Source: Pseudomonadota bacterium (GTDB lineage: Bacteria > Pseudomonadota > Alphaproteobacteria > Rickettsiales > SXRF01). From it: 64,000 bases of DNA. A program made the position numbers and the translations under genes. Positions within the stretch are counted from its first letter, which is position 1, and each line of letters begins with the position of its first letter. The DNA lies in the NCBI GenBank assembly GCA_963205195.1, contig CAUJHR010000023.1, forward strand, positions 11,641-75,640. The letters run 5' to 3'. The notes under the pieces are model-generated. The model did not search any database, was not told where the DNA came from, and saw only the letters and a program-made list of their open reading frames with translations. Of this stretch, positions 28,681-37,995 are shown in pieces.

Positions 28681-29137
28681 TCTCGAAAGTCGCGTCAACT
28701 TCTACAGCACAGCCAAAAGGAAGTTCGCTTACGCCAACCGCAAAACGCGCATGTTTTCCGGCATCTCCAAAGATTTCTACCATCATGTCTGATACACCGT
28801 TGGCAACTTTAGGCTGGTCGGTGAACCCGGCGGCGGAGCCTACGAAAATACCCATTCTTACGCATTTTACTACGCGGCTTAAATCTCCTCCGCAGGCCGC
28901 TTTCAAATGGGCAAGTATATTTATACCGCAAAGGCGGGCGGTTGCTTGTCCTTGCTCTACGGTAAATTCCTTGCCTAACTTGCCAATATCCTGCGGTTTG
29001 CCGTCTTTCATAGGTAAGGTACCAGAAACAAACACTAAATTACCAGATATTGTGTAAGGCACATAATTGGCGGCTGGCATAACCGATGCGGGCAATGTGA
29101 TACCCATTGATGATATTTTTTGCTCTATTGCGTTCAT
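28673..29137 (-). CDS. RidA/YjgF/L-PSP family protein
   Basis: 154 aa. GNLVFVSG...G and a C-terminal AVEVDA..E pattern typical of the YjgF fold. Confidence 0.8.
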   Translation of the reverse strand: MNAIEQKISSMGITLPASVMPAANYVPYTISGNLVFVSGTLPMKDGKPQDIGKLGKEFTVEQGQATARLCGINILAHLKAACGGDLSRVVKCVRMGIFVGSAAGFTDQPKVANGVSDMMVEIFGDAGKHARFAVGVSELPFGCAVEVDATFEIK

Positions 29138-29350
29138 TGGTTTTTTCCTTTTATGGGGTTATGTTAGTTGCTTTATCTGCGTTTACCCCACAGGCAATTT
29201 TATTGCAAATATTATTTGCCCGGCTTTTTTGCGGCTTTTAAAGCAATACTGGACAATAAAGCCGTTTTTATTTAAACTTTGTTAAGTATTGGCGGTTATG
29301 CTTGATCTATAAGGAATCTGCCCATATTACAGCAAATTATAATAAAAATG

Positions 29351-29371
29351 AAAACTGTCAAAAAACTGTCA
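29351..29371. promoter_or_regulatory. Direct repeat AAAACTGTCA x2 with 11-bp periodicity, about 100 bp upstream of virB2 (candidate regulator binding site)
   Basis: Read directly: 29351-29360 and 29362-29371 are identical. Located in the 335-bp intergenic region before the T4SS module. Confidence 0.3.
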
Positions 29372-29472
29372 CATATTTATGTTAGGGTTATCTTAGCATA
29401 AACCAAACAAATGCTTCTAGAAGTAAAAAATATTTAATTTATACAATAAATAATAACGCGCCATATGGAGTA

Positions 29473-29889
29473 ATGAATATGAAAAAACAGGGAATTATAG
29501 CAGCAGCATATGACTTAAACGAAGTTAAGCGCCATGCTTTATTGCTGCTGGTTGCTATGGCTATGTATTTGCTATTTTACAGCCAGGCTTCTGCAACACC
29601 GGTTGCTGACGTTCTTTGCAGCGTGGCATCAATGATCTTCCTGGACGTAGGCCGTGCTATCGCGACGCTTGCTATTGTATCGCTAGGTATTTCGGCACTG
29701 CTTGGAAAGGCTACCTGGGCACAGGCTCTTACCATCTGTACAGGTATAGGTATCATGGTGGGTGCCCCATACTTAATGATAAGCCTGACTGTGAATGCAG
29801 CATCTATATTGACTACAGTCGGGGCTGGCATAGCTTCGCCATTTTCATTGTTGACCACAGGCTTGTCGCTTGCTGGCTGCATGCGTTAA
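29473..29889 (+). CDS. virB2: VirB2/TrbC-like type IV secretion pilin
   Basis: Long leader with hydrophobic core ending QASA|TP, then two hydrophobic helices in the TrbC/VirB2 pattern (GRAIATLAIVSLGISALLGKATWAQALTICTGIGIMVGA). Immediately upstream of virB4. No VirB3 LFKGLTRP-type motif. Confidence 0.6.
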   Translation: MNMKKQGIIAAAYDLNEVKRHALLLLVAMAMYLLFYSQASATPVADVLCSVASMIFLDVGRAIATLAIVSLGISALLGKATWAQALTICTGIGIMVGAPYLMISLTVNAASILTTVGAGIASPFSLLTTGLSLAGCMR

Positions 29890-29942
29890 TTTAAAATTAA
29901 ACATTAAATGTAAATATTCTGTGGTTTCGCATTGGAATAAGC

Positions 29943-32408
29943 ATGGCATCATCAGGTAAAGCATCGGCTACAAACAAGAAAAAACCATCGAGTAATAATT
30001 CAGCTTTGGAAGACAAGTTTGAATTCATACCGTACCATAGCCATTATAACCCGCATACCATTATAACTAAAAATGGCGAGCTGATGCAGGTTATCAAGGT
30101 GGAAGGTAATTTCCGCGGCGGCTCATGCGAAAACCTTGATGGTATCCATGCTTCTCTTTGTGCCACTATACGGCAGGTAATAATACAGAATGATGTAACT
30201 GAAAAAATTTCCTTCTGGCTGCATACTGTCCGTAAACGCAGCCCTATGGTTTCTGCGTTTCCTGAAGATTCTTCTGGCAATGCGAACTTACCCGATGAAT
30301 TTGCCGACTATGTAAATGCACAATGGAAAAAAGAGCATGGCTGGAATGATTTATTCAGGAATGATGTATACATTACTATATTGTATGAAGGTCAGGCCAT
30401 CCCTCTTTTAGACGTAAAAAAAATAAAATCATTCGCATTTCCTAAAGCCAATAGCCGCTTTTGCAATAGATATCTTGATGCCTCTTATGAATTTCTAGAT
30501 AATTTTGTCCTGTCTGTTCTTGAGGGGATAAAAAGCCAGTGCAATGCAAGAAGGCTGACACTTGCTGAAAGGGCTATGCCAACAGCAGGCAAAGCAGTGC
30601 GCCAGCCTATATTTTATTCCGAAATAATGGAATTTATCGGCAAGTTAATAAACTTACGATCTGAATCATTCCCTTTGCCCGACCTGGATTTAAGTGTTGC
30701 CTTGCAGACATCCGTGTTGACCTTCGGTTTTAATGCAATAGAAGCCCGCAGCAAGGAGATCGGTGACCGCCGCTTTGCCGCCATGCTTAGCGTTAAACAA
30801 TATATTGATATGCCAATTGATGCTGTTGATTGTGTATTGCAGGCTCCAATCGAACTTATTGTTAGCCAGAGCTTTTCTTTCATACCTACTGATAAAGCTC
30901 TTAAACATACCAAAGAGCAGAAAGCTTTGTTTGGCATGAGCGGTGATATAAAAGCCAATGATAGTTTCGGTATTAACCAGGCACTGGGATATGACCGCGG
31001 AAAACGAGTTGATTTTGGAGAACACCAGACAAGCGTCATGATAATTGTAAATGATTTGAAGAAACTTGATGGCGAGGTTGGCAGGTTTCTTGATTCATTC
31101 GCCAAGCTTGGTTTGATAACTGTCCGCGAAGAGATATTTATGGAAGAATGTTTCTGGGCGCAACTTCCGGGGAATTTTGAGTTTCTACGCCGCCGCGCTG
31201 TATTGCCTACTGAGCTTGTTGCAGGTTTTTGCCGTTTTAACCGCTACCATACAGGCAGCGCTTCAGGCAATCATTGGGGCAATTATATTTCAATTTTACC
31301 AACCAATGTTGGATCCCCTTATTTTTTTAATTTTCATGTCCAGGATAATGGACATACCGTATTCTTTGATTTCAACTCTTTTGAAGACCGCATGGGAAAA
31401 GTGCTTGAATATTTCCTTCTTACCCAAACGCGTAAATTTGGCACCCGCCTATTCGTTTTTGACAAGAACCATTCAGCCCGCCTGTTATTAAACAAAATGG
31501 GCGGAAAATATTTTACCATGAACCAGCTGGAAAAGGTGAATACTGATCTGGCGGTTGATAGGTCACCTCGCCTTGCGCTGAACCCATTTTCCCTGGAAGC
31601 TTCTGCCTATAACATGTCTTTCCTTGCTGCTTGGTGCGGCTTACTTATTTCTCCTGATGTTGTGCTTGATGATAAGGCGCGCGGAATATTGCGTGCTGCT
31701 GTAGAGCAAGTTTATTCAATGCCTGCATCTGAGCGTAATTTACCCAATATGGTGGCACTGGTAACTCAGAAGGATGCGGTGCTTGCAGAATCGCTGGAGC
31801 GCTGGGTAGGGCAGGGTGTATATGCCAAGCTCTTTGATTTCGCACAGGACTCGCTTGATATGGGTGTGGATATGATAGGCTTCGATATGACATCGTCGCT
31901 TGCAAAGCCTGCATATATGCTGCCTTTGTTTTCTTACCTGATGCACAGGGTTATCGACACCATTGATAACAAACCAACGATCATTGTTATTAATGAGGCC
32001 TGGGACCTGTTGGAAAATGGTTTTTTTGCACCAAGGCTCGAAAGCCTGCTGGAAATGCTCAAGCAGAAAAATGTAATGGTGATCTTTACTACCAGCCAAG
32101 TATCTAACTGCGGCGAAACCGCAACGCTGTCAACAATAATGTCACAAGCTGCCACCCAGATTTATATACCAGATGAAATGCCCGTACCTTATCAATCGAA
32201 AGGGTTGGGGCTGAATGAAAAAGATGCTTTCATGCTCTCAACCATGCAGAGGCAGAAAGGTGATTTCCTGCTTAAACAGAACGGTGAAAGCATAGCACTT
32301 AATGTCTTTTTGAAAGAAGCAGAAGACGTACTGGCTATTTTCTCAAACGATGTAAAGGCCATTATTTCTGCACGCGGACGTTTTGCTGGCTTGCCAAAGG
32401 ATTACTAA
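29943..32408 (+). CDS. virB4: VirB4/TrbE-family type IV secretion protein with degenerate nucleotide-binding motifs
   Basis: 821 aa. CagE/TrbE/VirB4-type N-terminal half and conserved context around the ATPase motifs (FNFHVQDNGHTVFF...LFVFDKNHS; IIVINEAWDLL). The P-loop position reads DFNSFEDRMGKV and Walker B reads NEAW. Confidence 0.85.
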   Translation: MASSGKASATNKKKPSSNNSALEDKFEFIPYHSHYNPHTIITKNGELMQVIKVEGNFRGGSCENLDGIHASLCATIRQVIIQNDVTEKISFWLHTVRKRSPMVSAFPEDSSGNANLPDEFADYVNAQWKKEHGWNDLFRNDVYITILYEGQAIPLLDVKKIKSFAFPKANSRFCNRYLDASYEFLDNFVLSVLEGIKSQCNARRLTLAERAMPTAGKAVRQPIFYSEIMEFIGKLINLRSESFPLPDLDLSVALQTSVLTFGFNAIEARSKEIGDRRFAAMLSVKQYIDMPIDAVDCVLQAPIELIVSQSFSFIPTDKALKHTKEQKALFGMSGDIKANDSFGINQALGYDRGKRVDFGEHQTSVMIIVNDLKKLDGEVGRFLDSFAKLGLITVREEIFMEECFWAQLPGNFEFLRRRAVLPTELVAGFCRFNRYHTGSASGNHWGNYISILPTNVGSPYFFNFHVQDNGHTVFFDFNSFEDRMGKVLEYFLLTQTRKFGTRLFVFDKNHSARLLLNKMGGKYFTMNQLEKVNTDLAVDRSPRLALNPFSLEASAYNMSFLAAWCGLLISPDVVLDDKARGILRAAVEQVYSMPASERNLPNMVALVTQKDAVLAESLERWVGQGVYAKLFDFAQDSLDMGVDMIGFDMTSSLAKPAYMLPLFSYLMHRVIDTIDNKPTIIVINEAWDLLENGFFAPRLESLLEMLKQKNVMVIFTTSQVSNCGETATLSTIMSQAATQIYIPDEMPVPYQSKGLGLNEKDAFMLSTMQRQKGDFLLKQNGESIALNVFLKEAEDVLAIFSNDVKAIISARGRFAGLPKDY

Positions 32409-32410
32409 AT

Positions 32411-33967
32411 ATGAGGCTTATACGCAAAGCTCTGAATTTTCTGGCTATTGCGCTATTGCTTGCCGTATATCCTACGCAAACTGTATATGCGGCTTTCACT
32501 ATGGTTACCTGCGATGTGAATACTGGGGCAGTTACCAATGGCAGCCTTTTCGATGCCCAGCAAATCAGTGACCAGGCCACTTGCGGAAAGATTACAGTAA
32601 AAAATTTATTCAGCGGTATAGCGTGTAATTATTTTACTATAATAAATGAGATATTCACCAAATTCTACTGCGCCCTGCAAATAGGGATGATGGACATCAT
32701 AACTGCTTCTATTGTTATTTTTATAGCAATATATGGCGCAAGGCTTATGATGGGGATGCAAAAGACAAATTCAGGTGCAGGTATTGCCGCGCTTATAAAA
32801 ATTGGCTTTATATGCCTTTTCACCACGCAAGGCGCTATGGGGGTTGGGCTTATACTGGGCTTTTTCTTCGGGCTTATAATACAGACAGTAAGCTGGGCAG
32901 TAAATGCCATTCAATGTAAAACATTAATATGCCCGACTGCCTTTAACGAGGGGGAAACTATTGCCGGGATTTTTAAAGGGGTTGATGATAAGTTAGACGC
33001 TGTAATTACCGGGGTAAATACTGGCACGTCAAGTATAGCCGGACTTTTCGCTAATGAAGCAGTTTTTATAGCCCTGCTTTTTGCGCTTTTATTGATAGCT
33101 TGGCCGATTTTCTTTCTGGCCTGGTCATTGATCACAACAACCGTGATGCTTTTTATCCGTTCGCTGGTAACATTCATGTTATCAATTACCGCAATTGCTT
33201 TTCTGGTGGCTATCTCGCCTATTTTCCTTAGTTTTATGCTTTTTGATTCTACCAAGATATTATTTGATAATTGGCTGAATTTTTTGGTTTCTTATTCGCT
33301 TCAGCCGTTGATTATTTTTTCTGTTTTCTCTTTATGGCTGATGGTTTGTTCAGATTTCGTGGGATTTGCCGGGCAGCTTAGCAATGTTATGACTATAATA
33401 CCTAATAATACAAAAGATAAGGCTTCTGTATTGACTAAAACCGATATGCTTATGTTCTGCCCTTTCACAAAGGCGGCTCCACCCCCCAGTGGTTTTACCG
33501 CTGCCGATTTTGCAGGGATAATACCACAAGTTGATGTTATTGTTAGCATACTTAATACTAGTGGCCCTGGCATAGGTTGCGTTGGAGGGGGAAGTGCGAA
33601 AGATTTGGCAGCACTCAGGGATAAGACATGGGATGACCCATCTTTGGGCCCGAAAATAGAGCTTGTTGAGCCTAACGTCGCTTTGCATAGCCCAATATTA
33701 ATTGAATTTCTTGTTTATAATTTTTTAGAGATAATAGTAATAGGTTACACTTTCCTCCAGCTTATCAAAATGACGCCGCAAATTACCCGTGCGATGTCTA
33801 AATCGCAGGCTGTGGCACCTTTAGGGTTTGGCTTTGACGGGAGTGCTTCAAATTACTTAAGGCGTGCTACCAGTAGAGGCAGGGATACTGTAAGCAAGTT
33901 TACGGATAAGCCTATAGATGATATTACTACTAATTTAAAAAAGATGACTACTACAAGGGCACGGTAG
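32411..33967 (+). CDS. virB6: VirB6/TrbL-family polytopic inner-membrane T4SS protein
   Basis: Signal/TM1, at least 6 hydrophobic segments, a TrbL/VirB6-like central motif (FDNWLNFLVSYSLQPLIIF) and a hydrophilic C-terminal tail. Directly follows virB4 with a 2-nt gap. Confidence 0.7.
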   Translation: MRLIRKALNFLAIALLLAVYPTQTVYAAFTMVTCDVNTGAVTNGSLFDAQQISDQATCGKITVKNLFSGIACNYFTIINEIFTKFYCALQIGMMDIITASIVIFIAIYGARLMMGMQKTNSGAGIAALIKIGFICLFTTQGAMGVGLILGFFFGLIIQTVSWAVNAIQCKTLICPTAFNEGETIAGIFKGVDDKLDAVITGVNTGTSSIAGLFANEAVFIALLFALLLIAWPIFFLAWSLITTTVMLFIRSLVTFMLSITAIAFLVAISPIFLSFMLFDSTKILFDNWLNFLVSYSLQPLIIFSVFSLWLMVCSDFVGFAGQLSNVMTIIPNNTKDKASVLTKTDMLMFCPFTKAAPPPSGFTAADFAGIIPQVDVIVSILNTSGPGIGCVGGGSAKDLAALRDKTWDDPSLGPKIELVEPNVALHSPILIEFLVYNFLEIIVIGYTFLQLIKMTPQITRAMSKSQAVAPLGFGFDGSASNYLRRATSRGRDTVSKFTDKPIDDITTNLKKMTTTRAR

Positions 33968-33969
33968 TG

Positions 33970-34608
33970 CTAATTTAAAGCGCTTATAAATTCCGCCTCT
34001 GTTTTAGCTTTTATCTCATCCAGTGAAACACCCGGTGCCATTGCGATAAGCTTAAGTCCGTCCTTGTCTATAACAAATTCACCAAGTTCTGATATAACCT
34101 GATGCACAACTCTTTTCCCGGTAAGAGGCAATGTGCATTTCTTAACCAGCTTTACCCCGCCGTCTTTGGAATTATGCTCCATTATAATGATGACTTTCTT
34201 TACCCCGGCAACCAGGTCCATAGCGCCGCCCATACCTTTTACCATTTTCCCAGGAACCATCCAGTTAGCAAGGTCACCTTCCTGCGAGACTTGTAATGCA
34301 CCCAGTATAGCAACATCGATATGCCCGCCCCGTATCATGCCAAACGAAGTGGCGGAATCAAAATAGCTGCTGTGTGGCAGTTGCGTTATTGTTTGCTTGC
34401 CGGCATTTATCAGGTCGGCATCAATTTCGCTTTTAAGAGGGAAAGGACCCATGCCCAGCATACCGTTTTCGCTTTGCAGGGTTATTTTGATATTTGTAGG
34501 AATGTAATTGGCAACAAGGGTTGGTATCCCAATGCCAAGATTAACATAAAAGCCATCTTTGAGTTCACGGGCAGCGCGCCTGCACATATCTTCCTTGTTC
34601 CAAACCAT
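33970..34608 (-). CDS. scoB: Succinyl-CoA:3-ketoacid CoA transferase subunit B
   Basis: LQSENGMLGMGP (catalytic Glu motif) and GAMDLV. Confidence 0.9.
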   Translation of the reverse strand: MVWNKEDMCRRAARELKDGFYVNLGIGIPTLVANYIPTNIKITLQSENGMLGMGPFPLKSEIDADLINAGKQTITQLPHSSYFDSATSFGMIRGGHIDVAILGALQVSQEGDLANWMVPGKMVKGMGGAMDLVAGVKKVIIIMEHNSKDGGVKLVKKCTLPLTGKRVVHQVISELGEFVIDKDGLKLIAMAPGVSLDEIKAKTEAEFISALN

Positions 34609-34611
34609 TGG

Positions 34612-35310
34612 CTATGCCTCCCTTGTAGTCGCGAATTCAATTCGCTTTTCGAAATTTGTGCCTTTGAATATCCGCTGTACAAAAATTCCCGGAGTATGAA
34701 TCATTTCAATTTCCAGCTCACCCGGTTCAACCAGTTCTTCAACTTCTGCAATTGTAATTTTTCCTGCGCTTGCCATCATAGGGTTAAAGTTACGCGCTGT
34801 TTTCCGGTATATTAAATTCCCTTCAAAATCGCCTTTCCATGCCTTAACTATAGCAAGGTCAGCCTTTAAAGCTTTTTCCATCACATAGGCCTGGCCATCA
34901 AATTCCTTGGTTTCTTTTCCTTCGGCTATAACCGTGCCCACGCCTGTTTTAGTATAGAAGGCAGGAATTCCAGCGCCGCCGGCGCGTATGCGTTCGGCAA
35001 GTGTTCCTTGCGGATTGAATTCTACTTCCAGTTCACCAGAGAGGAATTGCTTTTCGAAGGTTTTGTTTTCCCCTACATAAGATGAAACCATTTTTTTTAT
35101 CTGGTGGGTATGCAGCAAAATACCACTGCCGAAATCATCAACCCCGCAATTATTAGCGATCCATGTAAGGTTTTTTACACCTGAATCCGCAAGAGCGCGT
35201 ATGCAATGTTCAGGAATTCCGCATAAACCAAAGCCGCCTGACATTATGGTCATTCCGTCAAATAGCAATCCCTCAAGGGCAGTGCTGGCATTTTTATATA
35301 TTTTACTCAT
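34612..35310 (-). CDS. scoA: Succinyl-CoA:3-ketoacid CoA transferase subunit A
   Basis: MSGGFGLCGIPE, PQGTLAERIRAGGAGIPAFYT. Confidence 0.9.
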   Translation of the reverse strand: MSKIYKNASTALEGLLFDGMTIMSGGFGLCGIPEHCIRALADSGVKNLTWIANNCGVDDFGSGILLHTHQIKKMVSSYVGENKTFEKQFLSGELEVEFNPQGTLAERIRAGGAGIPAFYTKTGVGTVIAEGKETKEFDGQAYVMEKALKADLAIVKAWKGDFEGNLIYRKTARNFNPMMASAGKITIAEVEELVEPGELEIEMIHTPGIFVQRIFKGTNFEKRIEFATTREA

Positions 35311-35603
35311 AAGCTTAATCCTATGGGAAGGGAAGATTGCTAGATTAGTAAGCGCTTAGTATTAGCAGAAAGCAGTTAATGTTAGGTAAATTCACAATTT
35401 AATAAAATTTTAACTAAAAATTTACTAATTATGTGCTTTAATGTAGATATGAAGATAACAACAGTTAATAATAATTGTTGATATTAGTTAATAAATATAT
35501 TTAGCAATTATGTATAAGTGATATTTATAATCTATATGAGGTTAAATATAAAAAATATTTGATAATTTCAATATGTAATTATGGAATAAATAGGGGAGCT
35601 TCT

Positions 35604-35615
35604 CTATTGCAATAG
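35604..35615. promoter_or_regulatory. Perfect 12-bp palindrome CTATTGCAATAG about 60 bp upstream of the first DUF2336 gene
   Basis: Read directly within the very AT-rich scoA/DUF2336 intergenic region (35311-35675). Confidence 0.25.
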
Positions 35616-35675
35616 CGAAAATTTTTAGCTATCTTCAACTGGAGAAATTCCTGCCTTTAAACTTTGGTTACTAAG

Positions 35676-36812
35676 ATGCAGTTGACAGCTATGGACGTAC
35701 ACCAGTTAATAAAAAATCCTTCGGGCGTAGCACTTGATACGTTGGCATCGAAGGTCGTCATTGCTTTCAATTCCGGGAGTTTTAATTTTAATGAATCGGC
35801 AATTGCTGCGGATATTTTCCGTCTTTTGTTAAAAGATGCTGAAAAATCAGTACGTACTACCCTTGCCGAACATCTTTGCAATAACCCTGATGCCCCGCAT
35901 GACGTTATTTTTAAGCTTGCCTCTGACGAAACTGATGTGGCCGAGCGCGTATTGCGTTATTCTTTGGTGCTTACCGATAATGACCTTGTGTCGATAGTGG
36001 AAAGCACCAAGGATGTATTGAATTTATGCGCTATAGCCAGCCGCGATAATGTTTCCGAGCGCGTGTCAGGTGCTTTGATTGATACAAGGCAGGAAATTGT
36101 GCTTAAGGACCTGTTTAATAATAAGGGCGCTAAAATAAATGAAGGCGACCTTGAAAAAAGCTGGTCTATGATCTCTTCCAATACTTCCTTGCTGGAAGTT
36201 TTAGCCAAAAGGGGCAACCTGCCGCTTACTATCGCAGAAAAAATATTTTCCGTAGTATCTGAGGAGCTTAAAAACCATATTGCCCGTGAATATAAAATTA
36301 TTCCGGCTGCCTTGCAGAAAGCAATCATTGATACAAGGGAATGGGAACTGCTTGGCATTATGCCTGTTTCGGATATTGCCCACCCTGATTCTGACGAGAG
36401 GGTGGAGGATCTGGTTGAGCAGTTAAGGGCTACCGGGAGGCTTACCTATTCGCTGGCTATACGTGCGCTATGTATGGGTTTTTTAAATCTGTTCGAAGCC
36501 AGCCTTGCTTGTATGGCAGATATACCGCGCACTAATGCGCGCATACTTATGCTTGGCGGGCCAGAAGGTTTCCGTGCTTTGTATAAGGCCGCTAATATGC
36601 CTGAAGGCTTTGCCGATTCTGTTGAGAAGGTTCTGGGCATCTCTAATATACTCACTCAATATGGCTATAAAAAACCGCATGATTTCCGCAAAAAGCTTAT
36701 TGAATATATATATGTTGGTGGTTATCATCGCTCCATAGATGGCATGAGTTATCTGCTCTCTATAATTGATGGCAAAATATCCGGTAGCAATACCCCTTTT
36801 TCGGTGCACTAG
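35676..36812 (+). CDS. DUF2336-family (HEAT/ARM-like repeat) protein, paralog 1
   Basis: Motif series IFRLLLKDAEKSVRTTLAEHL...DVAERVLRYSLVLTDNDLVSIV...AIASRDNVSERVSGALI...VLKDLFNNKGAKI matches my recollection of the alphaproteobacterial DUF2336 family. ATG 35676; the track start at 35664 is a TTG. Confidence 0.65.
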   Translation: MQLTAMDVHQLIKNPSGVALDTLASKVVIAFNSGSFNFNESAIAADIFRLLLKDAEKSVRTTLAEHLCNNPDAPHDVIFKLASDETDVAERVLRYSLVLTDNDLVSIVESTKDVLNLCAIASRDNVSERVSGALIDTRQEIVLKDLFNNKGAKINEGDLEKSWSMISSNTSLLEVLAKRGNLPLTIAEKIFSVVSEELKNHIAREYKIIPAALQKAIIDTREWELLGIMPVSDIAHPDSDERVEDLVEQLRATGRLTYSLAIRALCMGFLNLFEASLACMADIPRTNARILMLGGPEGFRALYKAANMPEGFADSVEKVLGISNILTQYGYKKPHDFRKKLIEYIYVGGYHRSIDGMSYLLSIIDGKISGSNTPFSVH

Positions 36813-36816
36813 CGTT

Positions 36817-37959
36817 ATGAATCTATCCGGGAATTTTTCTGGCACTGTTAATATACCAATTATACTTACCGAAGATGAGGTCCGGGGCCTTCTTGATGAT
36901 AAAACCTCCGAAACAAGGGCTGACATAACTGGCCGGATCGCAGCATCGTACAGCAAGATATTATTGAATGAAGAAGAGCGTAAAATTGCGGAGCAGATAT
37001 TTCGCCTGTTAGTCCGCGATACTGAAATCAAGGTACGCACATCCCTTGCCCAGAATTTAAAAGAAAGTGCGCTTATACCGAAGGACATAGTAATGTCCAT
37101 GGTGAATGACATAAATGAAGTCGCACTTCCTATGCTTGAATATTCGCAGGTTCTAAGTGATACGGACCTGCTCGATATTATGTACGCCACTAAGGAAAAC
37201 GAAAGATTCCTTGCTATTTCAAAACGCGAAACCCTCTCTGAAGTTGTTTCCGATACGTTGGCCCATAGGGGCAATGAGGAAGTTCTTGGGTCGCTGCTTA
37301 ATAACAAGGGTGCGGCAATATCGGAGAACATATTCACTAAGATAATTGAGACCCATAAGGACAATCCTGTATTGATGGAAGCTATTACCAACCGTCCGCG
37401 CCTGCCTATCAGCTCGGTTGAAAAGCTTGTAAATGTTGTATCGGCTAATATCGGCGAATCGCTAAAGAAAAAATATAAACTTCCCGACGAATCCATCCAG
37501 AAGGAAATTGAGAAAAACCGGGAATCGGAAACCTTGAACCTTGTACGAAATGCCCATTCGCATGATGATGTCGGGGCGCTTATAAACCACCTGCGTGATG
37601 CTGACAGGCTTAGCCCGTCTATGATACTGAGTGCTCTATGCCAGGGAAATTTTGATTTTTTTGAGTCTTCCCTTGCTTTGCTTTCCAATATCCAGGTTGA
37701 AAATGCGCGCAAACTAATAGCAGACCGTGGTGAGTTAGGCTTTAGGGCTATCTACAACAAATCCGGCCTGCCTGATGCTATGTTCCCGGCTGTAAAGCTA
37801 TTGCTCAGGATAGTGCGCGAGCTGGATAATGAAGGTGAAAGCAATACGTCTTCGCAGTATTCCAACCGCATTGTTGAGCGTATTTCGCAGTATTCTGAAG
37901 AAACCCCTGTAGAAAACCTATCTTATATTATTGCATTAGTGCGCCGTGTAGCGCAATAA
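36817..37959 (+). CDS. DUF2336-family protein, paralog 2
   Basis: Collinear with paralog 1: IFRLLVRDTEIKVRTSLAQNL...EVALPMLEYSQVLSDTDLLDIM...AISKRETLSEVVSDTLA...VLGSLLNNKGAAI...RLSPSMILSALCQGNFDFFESSLA. ATG 36817 lies 5 nt after the paralog 1 stop. Confidence 0.65.
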   Translation: MNLSGNFSGTVNIPIILTEDEVRGLLDDKTSETRADITGRIAASYSKILLNEEERKIAEQIFRLLVRDTEIKVRTSLAQNLKESALIPKDIVMSMVNDINEVALPMLEYSQVLSDTDLLDIMYATKENERFLAISKRETLSEVVSDTLAHRGNEEVLGSLLNNKGAAISENIFTKIIETHKDNPVLMEAITNRPRLPISSVEKLVNVVSANIGESLKKKYKLPDESIQKEIEKNRESETLNLVRNAHSHDDVGALINHLRDADRLSPSMILSALCQGNFDFFESSLALLSNIQVENARKLIADRGELGFRAIYNKSGLPDAMFPAVKLLLRIVRELDNEGESNTSSQYSNRIVERISQYSEETPVENLSYIIALVRRVAQ

Positions 37960-37995
37960 TAGGCAGTGCAATAATATTTAGCGTGGTGGTAATCT

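Noticed and set aside
29067-29285. 72-aa ORF in the ridA/virB2 intergenic region, considered as a possible missing VirB3 or other small T4SS component
   Set aside because: It overlaps the ridA 5' end on the opposite strand. It has no RBS and no VirB3-like motif, and it is separated from virB2 by about 190 bp.
36483-37712. 409-aa minus-strand ORF covering the DUF2336 locus
   Set aside because: It lies antisense to two plus-strand genes that have clear paralogous, family-like sequences. Its translation is low-complexity (rich in Ser, Arg and Ile) with no motifs. This is a typical shadow ORF.
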